In this document: positions 39,213 through 51,226 of the stretch, piece by piece
How positions within the stretch are numbered: position 1 is the first letter of the stretch
Layout: each line of letters opens with the position of its first letter
Origin: Terriglobia bacterium
GTDB lineage: Bacteria; Acidobacteriota; Terriglobia; 20CM-2-55-15
Direction of reading: 5' to 3'
Assembly (NCBI GenBank): GCA_965218585.1
Contig: CBDCLE010000003.1
Span: 128,001 to 192,000 of the forward strand
Length of the DNA: 64,000 nt
Made by a program: the position numbers and the translations under genes
Notes under the pieces: generated by a model
What the model saw: only the letters and a program-made list of their open reading frames with translations
The model's database searches: none
Told to the model about the DNA's origin: nothing

Positions 39213-41684
39213 CTAATCCATCGGCCTCAACTCCTTCCAACGCTCAATGAACTCTACGGCGGCATCGACGTATCTTGTGGTTTCAACCTGGCCCTGTTCC
39301 GCCGTTGCCTCCCTCGGATCACGCACACCCCATACTCCGGTGGTAGAAATATCTCTCGCTGACGTTCCTTTACCCGTCTCTTCGGCCTTGAGCCCCTCCG
39401 CAAGAAAGACACGCAGTACGGTTGGATCGCCGTTTACGACATCCGGGATCATGTCTTGAAGGTGACTTGGCATGGTGACCGTAGCTGGCCGCGCATTGTC
39501 CACTTGAGCTAGGAGCCTGCGCCGTAGGAAGTGAATGAGATAATAGTGTCGCAGTTAGGAGGAGAATGCGATGCCGACGACGTTTCGCCCGTACCAGCCG
39601 GAGCAGGGGTTGCTGCTGGCGCCGGATATACGGGATTGGTTGCCGGAGGGGCACTTGGCACACCATGTGAGCGATCTGGTGGACGGATTGGACTTGACGG
39701 CGTTTTACGCGCCTTACGAGGGGGACGGTCGTCGCAAGTCGCCGTATGAGCCGCGGATGATGGCGAAGGTGCTGATCTACGGGTACGCGACGGGGGTGTT
39801 TTCGTCCCGAGGGCTGGCGCGGAAGCTGGAGGAGGACGTGGCATTTCGGGTGTTGGCGGCGGGGAATTTTCCGAGCCATCGGACGATTTGCGAGTTTCGC
39901 CGGCGTCATTTGTCGGATTTCAAGGCGCTGTTTGTGGAGGTGGTCGGTCTGGCGCGCGAGACCGGGGTTGGGAACTTCGGCAAGTTGTCGATCGACGGGA
40001 CGAAGGTTCGAGCCAATGCCAGCAAGCGCAAGGCGATGAGTTACGGTCGGATGCAGGAGGAGGAGCGGCGCCTGGAGGGCGAGATCGAAGCGTTGCTGTC
40101 GCGCGCGCGGGAGACCGATGCGGCGGAGGACGCGCGTTTCGGGGAGGCGCATCGCGGCGATGAGTTACCCGAGGAGTTGCGCCGCCGGGAGGATCGGCTG
40201 GCGGCGATCCGGGCGGCCAGGGCGCGATTGGAGGCCAGGCAACGGGAGGCCGACGAGGCGCGGGGACGCGAGCCCGGTTCGAAGCGCAACCGGAAGAGCG
40301 GGCGGCCCTACAAGCGGGAATACGGCGAGCCGGACGAGAAGGCGCAGGACAACTTCACCGATCCCGAAAGCCGGATCATGAAGACCTCATCGGAGGGTTT
40401 TCAGCAGTGCTACAACGCGCAGGTGGCGGTGGAGGGAGAGAAGCAGTTGATCGTCGCCACCGAGGTGTCGTCGAACGCCAGCGACCAGGGTCGGCTGGTC
40501 CCGTTGGTGGACGAGGTGGAGGCCACCCATGGGGAACGGCCCGAGACGGTGCTGGCGGATGCGGGCTACTGCAACGAGGACGACCTGGAGGCGCTGGAGG
40601 CGCGCGGCGTGGACGGCTATGTGGCCTTGGGCCGGGAGGGCCGGCGCGCGGTCGCGGTAGACGCCGCCAGGCATCCGGCGAAGGCCCGCATGGCCGAGAA
40701 GCTGTCGATGGAGGCGGGACGGGTGCAGTACGCCCAGCGCAAATGGCTGTCGGAGGCGCCCAACGGGTGGATCAAGGAGGTGCTCGGCTTCCGCCGATTC
40801 AGCCTGCGCGGCCTGAACAAGGTCCAGGGCGAGTGGAACTTGGTGTGTCTGGCATTGAACGTCAAGCGGATGCAGGGGCTTCAGGCAGCCTGATGACAGG
40901 GATACCGCCCGCAAATCAGGCCGAACGAGGGTCGATTCAAGCACCCGTGGCGCACCCATCGGCGCCTCGTCGTCCAAAACGCCCATTCCCCGGTCACCGA
41001 TACCGATCAATCGCCATATCGCGAAATTCGCCGAGTCGAAAATCGTCCTACGGCGCAGGCTCCTAGGCTGGGTGCGAGATACATTAGCCGCGATGTTTCA
41101 CTGACACCACCGTGCCGATCGAACATCGGGACCGCTGGCGGTTCCAGAGCGGACATGAATGGTGTGGCTGCGGCACCTAACTCGACAGCAATTCCGGAGG
41201 TTTCGTGATTGATCCGGTCGACGATAAACGTCGAAATCGCGCTGTTGCCGCCATGAGAATTGAGAATGAGAAAACGCTTGAACCCATGCCGAATCAGGCT
41301 TTCGGCCGCTTCGACATACACTGCCTGGATTGTTTCAGCCCGCAGAGTGATCGTACCCGCAAAACCCATGTGGTAGGGCGACTGTCCTGGCATGAGAATG
41401 GGCGCAACAAGGACGTCGGTCTGTTGAGCTATCAACTTGGCACGCTCGATTCCGCTGAAAAAATCCGTGCCGATGGGCAGATGCAGTCCGTGCTGCTCAA
41501 GCGCCCCGACGGGTAAAATCACCATATCCGTTCTGGTCAGCAAATCCTCGACCTCCGGTCGCGTCATATGCGGGAGGTAGTTTTCTACCTTCTCCTCGGA
41601 CCATATCGGATTTGCCTGTCTGGCCACCGCTGGTAAGGCCCCCAGTAGATACAATGCAATGATTCCTGTTGTGATCGCTCTCAT
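39213..41684 (-). pseudogene. Exported creatininase-family amidohydrolase split by IS1182
   Basis: EQHG.HLPIGTD, NSHGGN, HGG.SETS; rejoined reads LAPSLAQVDNARP...GVWG..DP..AT.EQG. Confidence 0.88.
39513..41062 (+). mobile_element. IS1182-family element, copy 2 (transposase 39571-40893)
   Basis: Same IRs and identical protein as copy 1; CTAG duplication. Confidence 0.95.
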
Positions 41685-41935
41685 CGAACCCTCCATTCAC
41701 AGCACCCATTTATTGGGGCCGCGATTCGTTACGATCATTTGATCGGACACCCGGCTGGCCCGCTTGGTCAGCCCAGAGGGGGACTCGCGCAAATGACTGC
41801 CCGAATCCTATAGAATGAATGGTTTGGAAGCAACGATTGGAAGCAGCGAATTCCGAACCTTGAACCCTAATATAAGGTGACGGATAAAGCGTGATACTGT
41901 ACGCGTTTCCATTTCGAACACTCAGGATTTTGAAC

Positions 41936-42490
41936 ATGAACAAACCTTTTGTGTGGGCACTCAGTGCAACCATTTTTCTATTCGTCAGCGTTCAACCCGG
42001 CGCCCTGGCCGAACAAAACGATCAAGCCTATGACCCGGAGGCGCGTCTTACGGAATTGGGCATTGTCCTGCCTGAACCGCCCAATCCGGTTGCCAATTAT
42101 GTGAATGGCGTCCGGACGGGCAATCTCATTTTTTTGGCCGGCAAAGGACCGCGGCGCGCTGATGGTAGCGAGATAACAGGCAAGCTGGGTGCAGGTGTTT
42201 CTATAGAAGAGGGCTATGAAGGTGCGCGGCTGACCGCGATCAATCAACTGGCGGTCCTGAAAGCAATGCTGGGCGATCTGAACCGGGTTGTGCGCGTCGT
42301 TAAAGTATTGGGCATGGTTAATTCCGATCCATCATTTGTGGAGCAGCCCGCAGTGATTAATGGGTTTTCGGATCTGATCGTCGCCGTGTTTGGCGAGCGG
42401 GGGCGACATGCCCGTGCCGCCGTGGGTATGGCGTCCTTACCCAGAGCCCAGGCAGTTGAGATTGAGATGATTGTAGAAGTAAGAGATTAG
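41936..42490 (+). CDS. RidA/YjgF family protein with signal peptide
   Basis: PVANYV, GKLG, VINGFSDL, GRHARAAVG..SLP..VEIE. Confidence 0.9.
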   Translation: MNKPFVWALSATIFLFVSVQPGALAEQNDQAYDPEARLTELGIVLPEPPNPVANYVNGVRTGNLIFLAGKGPRRADGSEITGKLGAGVSIEEGYEGARLTAINQLAVLKAMLGDLNRVVRVVKVLGMVNSDPSFVEQPAVINGFSDLIVAVFGERGRHARAAVGMASLPRAQAVEIEMIVEVRD

Positions 42491-42497
42491 GGGGGGA

Positions 42498-44818
42498 ATG
42501 AAGAGTTGCACGACTGCTCTAACACTGATCGTCGCCGTGTTTGGTTTTGTGCTGATGGTGCCACAAGCAGGTGCACAGGAAACCGATCAAGAAAGCGGCT
42601 TGCAATTAAAATTCCTGGGCACGGCGGGCTGGGAAATTTCAGATGGCAACATTGTCGTACTCATTGATCCTTACATGTCGCGTTTGAAATTGGACGGCGT
42701 GGGGCATCCTGATGATGACCGTCCTGGTTTCACCCGCACAGATGTGGGTCAATCGGACACCGGTCTCATTGATGAGATTGTGGATAGAGCTGATTTTATT
42801 CTCGTGCATCATTCGCATTTTGATCACCTGTCCGATGTGCCCTATATCGCCCGGATGACGGGTGCTAGGGTTATTGGCACGGAAACAACCATCACAATAT
42901 TGCGGGCCTACGGCATCCCGGATGACCAGCTATATGCGGTTAGAGGCGGCGAAGACTATCAGTTCGATAATTTTTCGGTCCGGGTTGTTCCATCGATCCA
43001 TTCGGCCTTGGGTGAAAAGCATTACTTCGATTCAACGGAGTATACGCGCGACAGCAAACTCGAAGCGCCTCTTCGAATAGAGCAGTTTATTGAGGGCGGT
43101 TCGTTGATGTTTCTGGCCCGCTTTGATCACCATAGTGTGTTGACAATGGGATCGATGAACTACCTTGAGAGAGAAATCGAGGGTTTAGAGCCCGACATCC
43201 TTCTGGCAGGCGTTAATGGGTCGCGTTACGATCTGTATAATTACACCGAACGCTTACTAGCGGCGACCGGAAATCCACCAACGATCATTCCCGCCCATTG
43301 GGATAATTTCAGGCTGCCTGAGGTCGTTCCAATCGGTGTGTAAAAAGAGAAGGCGGTGTACGCTTTCGGTGAATTCGAAACCGTAAGCAATCCCGGCAGC
43401 AATCGGGAGAAAGGTACACCACCCATGAAGAAGAAGAACATACCGGCATCAGTGGCGTCAACGAACGCGTATGAAGGTTTGGAGGACTGGGCGCGATCCC
43501 GGGTCCAAGTCTGGCTACAGGAGCTGCTCGAGGACGAAGTCACTCAATTTCTGGGTCGGGAAAAGTTGGAGCGGAGTCCGAATCGACGAGGATACCGGAA
43601 CGGTCACGGGAAACCGCGACGCTTCGCAATGGTGAACGGTACGATGGAGGTTCGACGACCTCGGGTTCGAAACACCGCCGAGCGGTTCGAGAGTCAGATC
43701 CTGCCGTATTTTCGACGGAAATCGAAACAGCTGGGCGAGCTACTTCCCGATCTCTACCTCCACGGTCTGGCCACAGGGGACTTCGAGCAGGCCATGCGCG
43801 GACTGCTTGGCGCTGGCGCTCCGTTGTCGCGAGCATCGATCCAACGACTGAAATCGACCTGGCAGTTGGAGTATGACGAGTGGGTCCAGCAGGACCTGTC
43901 CGGCCTCGAGGTCGTGTACCAGTGGGCAGACGGCTTGTACGTGAAAGCGGGGATCGCGAAAGAGCGAGCGGCATTGCTGGTGATCATCGGAGCCTTGTCA
44001 GACGGGCGCAAAGTGCTGTTGGCCTGTGAGAGCGGGCAGCGGGAAAGCAAGGAGTCCTGGAGCCGCATTCTGCGCAATCTCCAGAGACGGGGCCTGAAGC
44101 TGGGACGGCTGACTGTCGCGGACGGTCACCTGGGCATCTGGTCCGCGCTGGCCGAGCAACAGCCCCAGGGCCAGGAACAACGCTGCTGGAACCACAAGTC
44201 GATCAACGTGGTCGATCATCTGCCGAAGACCGAGCAGCCCGCGGCCAGACAGCTGCTTCATGGGATGGCCTTCGCGAACTCCCGCGCGGCCTGCGAACGA
44301 AAGCGGGATCAGTTCGTCCGCCGATATGAGAAGAACTATCCCAAAGCGGGTGAGACGCTGTTGCGGGACTGGGACCGGATGATTACTTTCTATGAGTTCC
44401 CGAAACAACACTGGGTGCATCTGAGAACAACCAACATCGTCGAATCGCCCTTCGACATGGTTCGCCTCCGCACCAACGCCGCTCGCCGATTCAAGCGTGT
44501 CGAGAATGCAACGGCAATGATCTGGAAGCTACTACGTGTCGCTGAGAAGGCTTGGCGACACTTAAAAGGATCCGAACTCTTACAAGAGGTCTATGATGGT
44601 CAGCAATTCGCTGACGGCATCAGAGTCGTGATGAAATCGAAGGCCGCCGCCTGATGACTTTTACACACCTTTTGTAATGACCTCGGCTGCCTTATAGCTT
44701 CTCGCAGGCCGATTCGGTGCGTCGCAACATCGGACCGTTTATAGAAGAAGTCGGCGAGATATCTCCAAATTCACGCGTTGTTGTTCCTGTTCATCTAGAA
44801 ACGATCATCACTGATTAG
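42498..44818 (+). pseudogene. Exported MBL-fold hydrolase split by IS256
   Basis: FLGTAGW, HSHFDH, AHWD; frame resumes RLPYSFSQ...ITD* after the IS. Confidence 0.88.
43320..44684 (+). mobile_element. IS256-family element (transposase 43425-44654)
   Basis: IRs GAGGTCGTT...GGTGTGTAAAA / TTTTACACACC...AATGACCTC; 8-bp duplication GGCTGCCT; YRNG, WADG, ADG, QRCW.HK, RTTN..ES. Confidence 0.95.
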
Positions 44819-44824
44819 GGGGGC

Positions 44825-46054
44825 ATGGGTATGGAAAACAAACTGAACAGTGGATCCAAGTTAGGGGCGTCTGTAGTCGGGGTCATCGTGCTCAACATGT
44901 TTGCTCTGCCCTACCCCGTGATGGCGCAAGCACTCGCTTCTGATGAGCTCGGGCCGGGTGAAAACGGCATCTACTATTCAAACCGCACATCGTATCCCAT
45001 ATCGGTTGAACCCTTTATTACAGCGGGCATTGCCATCGGCGACATTGACGGGGATGGCGACCTGGACATGATCGAGGCCAACGGCCGCCATTGGCCCCAG
45101 GCAAGTTACGTGTATTTCAATGCGGACAACAGGGGTCTGAGCAAGCGCACCCAGTTAGGCGAACATGAGCGTACAGGCTATACGGTGATGTTGGCGGATT
45201 TGGATAGCGATGGTGATCTGGATGTTGTTCAGGCGTCTGACAGGCAAGAAAATCAGGTGTTTTTCAACGACGGCGCGGGCCAATTTGGATCCGCGCATCT
45301 GTTTGGCAGCGTAGATTCGAATACCCGCAGCATAGAAATCGCTGATTTAAACGGCGATGGCGCCCTGGACATCCTGGAGGTTTGCCGAGGCACACCGAAT
45401 CTGATTTTTCTGAACGACGGTGAGGGACACTTCGACTCTCCCGCTATTGCTTTCGGTGATTTGTCCGATCGCACTTTATCGGTCAGGGCGGCTGATATGA
45501 ACGATGACGGACAGGTTGATCTGGTTCTGGCAAACCGGGACCAACAACAGAACAAGATTCTTCTGGGTGACGGCAACATGCGGTTTCAAACTGCGATCCC
45601 TTTTGGTTCGGGCATGGATGACACCCGTGGACTTGTGGTTGCCGATATGAATGGCGATGGCCTGGAAGATATCGTGACGGCCAATATTGGCGAGGCCAAC
45701 GGCGTCCTTCTGAACATGGGAAATGGTGCGTTTGAATTGACCCAGCGCTTCGGCGATGAAGCGGGTCGCAGTTACGCGATAGTGGCCGATGATTTAGACG
45801 GTGACGGTGATCCCGATATCATCATTGGCAATGTCGCCGGCGTGAACCGCGTATTTATCAATGATGGTGCGGGACATTTGTCCCAGTTAGCGGAGATCGG
45901 ATCGCCCGACGACAATACCTATGCTCTGGGTGTTGGCGATATAAACGGTGATGGAAAACCCGATATTGTCCCGGGGAATTCTGAAGGGGCAAATATCGTT
46001 TACTATCAAACTACGCGGTCAAGTACCGGGAGGATTCGTCCGGAGGATTTTTAG
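44825..46054 (+). CDS. Exported FG-GAP/VCBS beta-propeller protein
   Basis: Seven D-x-D/N-x-D-G-x-x-D repeats. Confidence 0.9.
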   Translation: MGMENKLNSGSKLGASVVGVIVLNMFALPYPVMAQALASDELGPGENGIYYSNRTSYPISVEPFITAGIAIGDIDGDGDLDMIEANGRHWPQASYVYFNADNRGLSKRTQLGEHERTGYTVMLADLDSDGDLDVVQASDRQENQVFFNDGAGQFGSAHLFGSVDSNTRSIEIADLNGDGALDILEVCRGTPNLIFLNDGEGHFDSPAIAFGDLSDRTLSVRAADMNDDGQVDLVLANRDQQQNKILLGDGNMRFQTAIPFGSGMDDTRGLVVADMNGDGLEDIVTANIGEANGVLLNMGNGAFELTQRFGDEAGRSYAIVADDLDGDGDPDIIIGNVAGVNRVFINDGAGHLSQLAEIGSPDDNTYALGVGDINGDGKPDIVPGNSEGANIVYYQTTRSSTGRIRPEDF

Positions 46055-46112
46055 ATAGCCGTTACAAACCAGCCTTCCCACCAGCCAGCCGATTCGCACA
46101 ACTCATAAAAAA

Positions 46113-46186
46113 TGGGAGCGACCGGGATCGAACCGATGACCTCTGCCGTGTCAAGGCAGCGCTCATTCCAACTGAGCTACGCCCCC
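46113..46186 (-). tRNA. tRNA-Val(GAC), CCA not encoded
   Basis: GGGGGCG/CGCTCCC acceptor, TAGCTCAGTTGG D-arm, CTGCC-TTGACAC-GGCAG anticodon arm, GGTTCGATCCC T-arm; upstream TTGACG...TAAAAT promoter. Confidence 0.96.
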
Positions 46187-46243
46187 TTTGGTGTGCTCTA
46201 GGATTTTACGGCCTGGCGAATAATGGCGTCAAATCGGGTGTCT

Positions 46244-47523
46244 TTATTCAATCACCGCCTGATAGATGAGCGTCCGTAGCTTTGCCTGGTCGTCAAGCCC
46301 TCCGGTCGACCGGAGTTGCGTCAGGTAAACCACAATGAGGTCGTTCGAAGGGTCGACCCAGTATGTGGAATGGTACGCACCGCCCCACCCGAACTCGCCT
46401 ACCGAACCCGGTATCCCGCGGGCTCCAAGATCGGTCACCACCGAAAATCCCAGGCCAAAGCCCTGTCCGGGCCGAAACGGCGTGTCACCGATGTGGTTCT
46501 GGATCATCAGTTCGACTGTCGTCGGGCTCAGGAGGCGACGGCCGCCCAATTCACCGCCGTTGAGGAGCATCTGAAGGAAACGCGCGTAGTCGGTTGCCGT
46601 TGAAAGCAGGCCCGCACCGCCGGAGAAGCTCTTTCGGGGTCCATCGACGTAGGCGCCCTGCGCGTCCCACGCACCGGAGTTCTCGGCGCGGGTCAACTTG
46701 CCACCCCGTGTTCTGCCGTACACGGTAGAGAAACGGTCGAGCTTGTCGTGGGGCAGATAGAAGTGCGTGTCCGTCATCGAGAGCGGTTCAAAGATATGTG
46801 TTTGGAGAAACGGTCCAGGGGCATGTCCGAGGCGCGTTCCACAACCACGCCCAGGATGTCGATGTTGTAGCCGTAGATCCATTGTTCGCCGGGTTGGGCG
46901 TTGAGGGGCAGGGGCGCCATGCGCGTGACGGTTTCGCCGATGGGTTCGTCCTTGTCGGCGAAATACCACTGCTGGAAGCCCGCCTGGTCCCATTCTGAGC
47001 GCGCGGGTCCGGTTCCGTAACTGATGCCGGAAGTGTGCGTCAGCAGGTGCCGTAGAGTAATCGGCCGGCCCGGCTCGATGTCGTAGCCCCCGTCTTCACG
47101 CGCCACGGCCACACGGGTTTCGGCGAACTCAGGGATGTAGTCCGAGAGCCTGTGGCCTATTAAGAGTTTGCCTTCTTCCTGAAGCATCATGATTGCCGTG
47201 CTCACGATGGCTTTCGTCTGCGAGGCGATCCGGAAGATGCTGTCGGTCCGCATCGGGAGTTCGGCTTCCATGTCCTGCTGTCCAAAGGCCTCCAGGTAAG
47301 GGACCTTTCCGTCGCGTACGATGATGGCCACGCCTCCGGCCAACTCCCCGCGCTCGACGTAGCCTTCAAGGGTTTCACTGAGCCGCGAGAGTCTTTCCGA
47401 CGACATCCCGACTTCTTCAGGTGTCGCTCGCGGAAGGGACTGTGCGGATAGGCCTGCCGGGAGGAAAAAGGTCAGCAGAAGCGTTAAGAATAGGGTCGTC
47501 CGTAACAGTTGGGATCGAGACAT
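46244..47523 (-). pseudogene. Serine hydrolase (class C beta-lactamase-like), frameshift near 46806
   Basis: IASQTK, LLTHTSG, W.YG; second frame FLQTHIFEPL...GGAGL...FGWGG. Confidence 0.85.
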
Positions 47524-47584
47524 GGCGGAGGGTCTCCTTTATTGGTCGGCTGAAGGCTCAGCGTAGTGAGGTGAGTAGGGAGTG

Positions 47585-50095
47585 TCAACTTGAAACGGGC
47601 TTGAGATCCCTCCAGTTCGGGCCCACCTTTGTGTCGACGACGAGGGGCACCTTAAGGTCTGCGACACTCGACATCCAATCCCGAACCTGGGCGACAACTT
47701 CCATCTCCTTCTCCGGCACTTCGAAGATCAACTCGTCGTGGACCTGCAGGACCATGCGGGTTTCAAGGTTCTGGCGTTGGATCTCGTCGTGGATCCGGAT
47801 CATCGCCAGCTTGATGACGTCGGCCGCTGTGCCTTGAATGGGCGCGTTGACGGCCATCCGTTCGGCCATGCTGCGGCGCATGCCGTTTCGGGAGTTGATT
47901 TCGGTGATCTGGCGGATGCGCCCGAACAGGGTATGGGTCTGGCCGGTTTCCCGGGCGTCGGCCAGGGCGTTTTCGATGTAGTTCCGGACTTGGGGATAGC
48001 GGTTGAAGTAGCGGTCGATGAACTCCTCGGCTTCGTTGCGGCTGATGCCGAGCTGCTTGGCAAGCCCGAACGGCGTCTGGCCATAGACGATCCCGAAGTT
48101 GACGGCCTTGGCACGTCCTCTCTGTTCGCTATCGACGTCCTCGGGAGCAATACCCAGAACTTCGGCGGCCGTGCTTCGGTGGATGTCGGCTTCGTTCAGA
48201 AACGCTTCGATCAGGCGGGTGTCTCCCGACAGGTGCGCCAGGATGCGGAGTTCGACCTGTGAGTAGTCGGCCGAGAGCATCGTCGTCCCTTCTCTTGGGA
48301 CGAAGGCCGCACGGATGTTGCGGCCCATCTCGGTCCGGATGGGAATATTCTGGAGATTCGGATCGCTGGATGAGAGCCGTCCCGTCGCTGCGCCGGTCTG
48401 GTTAAACGACGTGTGGAGGCGGCCGTCCTTGTGAATGAGTGTTGGGAGGACATCCACGTACGTCGACTTGAACTTGGCCCGCTGCCGGTACTCGAGGATG
48501 AGACGCGGCAGCTCGTAGGTTTCGGCCAGTTCTTCCAGCACCTCGACGGCTGTGGAGTACTGTCCCGACTTTCGGAGTTTTCTCGAGTGCGGCAGGTTCA
48601 GCTTTTCGAACAGGATTGTCCCCAGCTGTTTAGGCGAGTTGATGTTGAATTCCTCGCCGGCCAGGTCGTAGATGTTGGCTGTCAGTTCTTCAAGTTCCGT
48701 TGTGATGGTTTCTGACATCGATTCCAGGACCTCGACGTCGAGGAGGATGCCGATCTGTTCCATTGCGGCGAGGACCGGAACCAGGGGCAGTTCGATCCGC
48801 GTGTAGAGGTCTTCCAGGTCCTGGCGGACCTCGGGGCGAAGTGTCTCGTGAAGGCGTTTGACCCATTCGACACCACCCGTCTCGGCAGTATCGGCTGATT
48901 CGCCGAACGACTCGCTTACAAGGTCTTCGACGGCGTACTTACCGCGGTTCGGCATCAGGAGAAAGGCAGTCAACATCGTGTCGTCCCATGGCGGCGTCGG
49001 TCGCAGGCCATGGCCTGCGAGCTTAAGAATCGCGGCCTTCAGGTTATGGGCTGTCTTGTGTCTTGTTGGATCGGAGAGGAGCCGGGCCAGCGTCTCGTTG
49101 AGTTCGAACGCGTAAACCGGTCCTTCACCCGTCCATACATGAAGCCTGTCTTCGTTGATGGCGAAGGTAAAATCGCCGTCGATTTCCTCGGCGTTGTCGG
49201 TCTGGACGACTTCAAGGGTTTCCTTCCCGTGGCCGGCGGCGAGCTGCTGCTTGAGGAGGCTTGTGAAATCCAGCTCTCGATAGAGGGCTATAAGGGCGTC
49301 CGGGTCGGAAGGTTGTGCTCTAAGCTTGTCCCATTTAACGTCGAACTCGACTTCGGTGTCGATCGTCACCAGTTCTTTACTCAAAACAATCTGGTCGCGG
49401 TTGTTCTCGAGCGACTCACGTTGCCGTTTGGCTTTAACGTCCGCGGCATGTTCGAGACATGCCTCTATTGAACCAAACTGTTCGATCAACGCCTTTGCAC
49501 CCTTCTCGCCGATACCCGGTGCGCCGGGGATGTTGTCGGAAGCGTCGCCCCAGAGGCCGAGCAGGTCGGTAATCTGTTCTGGCGTTACGCCGAAGAGTTC
49601 TTTGACCTCGTCGGGACCGATGACATGGTCGTCGCGCGACGTGTTCAGGACAACGGTGTCTTCATCCACCAGCTGCATCATGTCCTTGTCCAGTGTGACG
49701 ATGACGGGGTGGATCTTTTCCGCTTTCGCGCGTCTGGCTAATGTCCCAATGACGTCGTCGGCTTCCTGTCCGACCACCTCGAGCATCGCCACGTTCATCG
49801 CTTCGCAGAGTTGCCGGATGTAGGGGAGTTGTTCGGCCAGGTCGTCGGGCATCCCCTCGCGTGTCGCCTTGTACTCGGGATAGCGGATGTGCCGCGGCGT
49901 GGGTTCGCTCGAATCAAAGACCATCGCTATGTATTCGGGTGGGAACTTCTCAAGTACACGGTTGAGCATGAGGGCGAAGCCATACGTCGCGTTCGTGGGT
50001 ACCCCCTGGGCGTTTGAGAGGCCGCGGATCGCATAGTAGGCGCGGAACACCTGCGACATTGCGTCTACGATCAGGATGAGCGGCCGTTTGATCAC
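47585..50095 (-). CDS. polA: DNA polymerase I
   Basis: 5'-3' exo (EADD, GDASDNIPG), TGRLSSSDPNLQNIP, DYSQVELR, KAVNFG, QVHDE. Confidence 0.98.
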   Translation of the reverse strand: MIKRPLILIVDAMSQVFRAYYAIRGLSNAQGVPTNATYGFALMLNRVLEKFPPEYIAMVFDSSEPTPRHIRYPEYKATREGMPDDLAEQLPYIRQLCEAMNVAMLEVVGQEADDVIGTLARRAKAEKIHPVIVTLDKDMMQLVDEDTVVLNTSRDDHVIGPDEVKELFGVTPEQITDLLGLWGDASDNIPGAPGIGEKGAKALIEQFGSIEACLEHAADVKAKRQRESLENNRDQIVLSKELVTIDTEVEFDVKWDKLRAQPSDPDALIALYRELDFTSLLKQQLAAGHGKETLEVVQTDNAEEIDGDFTFAINEDRLHVWTGEGPVYAFELNETLARLLSDPTRHKTAHNLKAAILKLAGHGLRPTPPWDDTMLTAFLLMPNRGKYAVEDLVSESFGESADTAETGGVEWVKRLHETLRPEVRQDLEDLYTRIELPLVPVLAAMEQIGILLDVEVLESMSETITTELEELTANIYDLAGEEFNINSPKQLGTILFEKLNLPHSRKLRKSGQYSTAVEVLEELAETYELPRLILEYRQRAKFKSTYVDVLPTLIHKDGRLHTSFNQTGAATGRLSSSDPNLQNIPIRTEMGRNIRAAFVPREGTTMLSADYSQVELRILAHLSGDTRLIEAFLNEADIHRSTAAEVLGIAPEDVDSEQRGRAKAVNFGIVYGQTPFGLAKQLGISRNEAEEFIDRYFNRYPQVRNYIENALADARETGQTHTLFGRIRQITEINSRNGMRRSMAERMAVNAPIQGTAADVIKLAMIRIHDEIQRQNLETRMVLQVHDELIFEVPEKEMEVVAQVRDWMSSVADLKVPLVVDTKVGPNWRDLKPVSS

Positions 50096-50208
50096 GTGCA
50101 CACACAGGTGTGGACTGGAGTCCACAGTTTTCGCGGCTGATAGAATCTTAAGTGATTGAATATGGGCATGGAGTTTATTCGGCCCATTGATTGCATTGTC
50201 CTTTGCGT

Positions 50209-51081
50209 ATGAACGAACGCACGCTTGCCGATTCGATATCGTTTTCCGGTGTGGGCCTGCACACGGGCGAACCGGTTTCGATGGCGGTTACCCCGGCGGG
50301 GCAGGGTACCGGTATTGTCTTCCGCCGTGTAGATCTCGACAATTTCGAAATTCCGGCCGATGTGTCGTCGGTTTCTCGTGTGGCCTACGCGACAACGCTG
50401 ATGCAGAAGGGCGTCTGGATTTCTACGGTCGAACATCTCTTGTCTGCACTTTACGGTGTGGGCATCGACAACGCCTACGTCGACATGGACAACCTCGAGG
50501 TCCCGATCCTCGACGGCAGCGCCCGGCCGTTTACCGACGAGATCGCGCGCGTTGGTTTCGTCGAACAGGACAACCCGCGCGAGTACATTCGGATTACCCG
50601 CGAGTTCGTTGTCGAAGAGAACGGTAAGTCGCTGGCGATCTATCCGGCCGACACGTTTTCCATCGATTGTGCGATCGATTTCGAACATCCCTTCATCGGT
50701 CCGCAAAGTTTGTCCCTCGAGTGTTCAGAAGAAGGCTATGCCGCTTCCATCGCTTCGGCCCGAACCTTCGGTTTCCAGCGCGACGTGGCTGCGCTTCAGA
50801 ACAGCGGCCTCATCCGGGGCGGATCACTGGAGAACGCGATCGTTCTGACCGAGACCGGCATGCTCAACGAAGAGCCGCTCCGATTCAACGACGAGTTTGT
50901 CCGCCACAAGATCCTCGATCTTCTGGGCGACTTCGCCCTGATCGGAAAACCCGTCCTGGGCCACCTGGTAGCCAATCGGGCCGGTCATGCCCTTCATACC
51001 CGTTTCGTAGCCGGGCTGCTCGAGAGTACCGACCATTGGACGCGGGAAGCGGGGACTCCTCAATCTGCAGCTGCCTCTTAG
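50209..51081 (+). CDS. lpxC: UDP-3-O-acyl-GlcNAc deacetylase
   Basis: GVGLHTG, TVEHLLSA, ARTFGF, RHKILD..GD. Confidence 0.97.
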   Translation: MNERTLADSISFSGVGLHTGEPVSMAVTPAGQGTGIVFRRVDLDNFEIPADVSSVSRVAYATTLMQKGVWISTVEHLLSALYGVGIDNAYVDMDNLEVPILDGSARPFTDEIARVGFVEQDNPREYIRITREFVVEENGKSLAIYPADTFSIDCAIDFEHPFIGPQSLSLECSEEGYAASIASARTFGFQRDVAALQNSGLIRGGSLENAIVLTETGMLNEEPLRFNDEFVRHKILDLLGDFALIGKPVLGHLVANRAGHALHTRFVAGLLESTDHWTREAGTPQSAAAS

Positions 51082-51090
51082 GCTTTCTCC

Positions 51091-51226
51091 CTGTAGGTGT
51101 GGTCTGTGACCGCACGTTCTTACTTTCTGTGCGGTCACGCATGGGAGGACCGTCCAATGGACGGTGGCCCCCATGCTAAGGGATATCAGAGTCGCCGATT
51201 CCGGTCGGCGGCCAGCGCACCTACAG
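51091..51226. repeat. Composite REPIN with nested insert; supplies the comF stop codon
   Basis: Same architecture as 29745-29874; comF TAG is 51221-51223. Confidence 0.75.

Noticed and set aside
46055-46186. Integrative element with att sites at tRNA-Val
   Set aside because: No adjacent integrase and no duplicate of the tRNA 3' end noticed in the window
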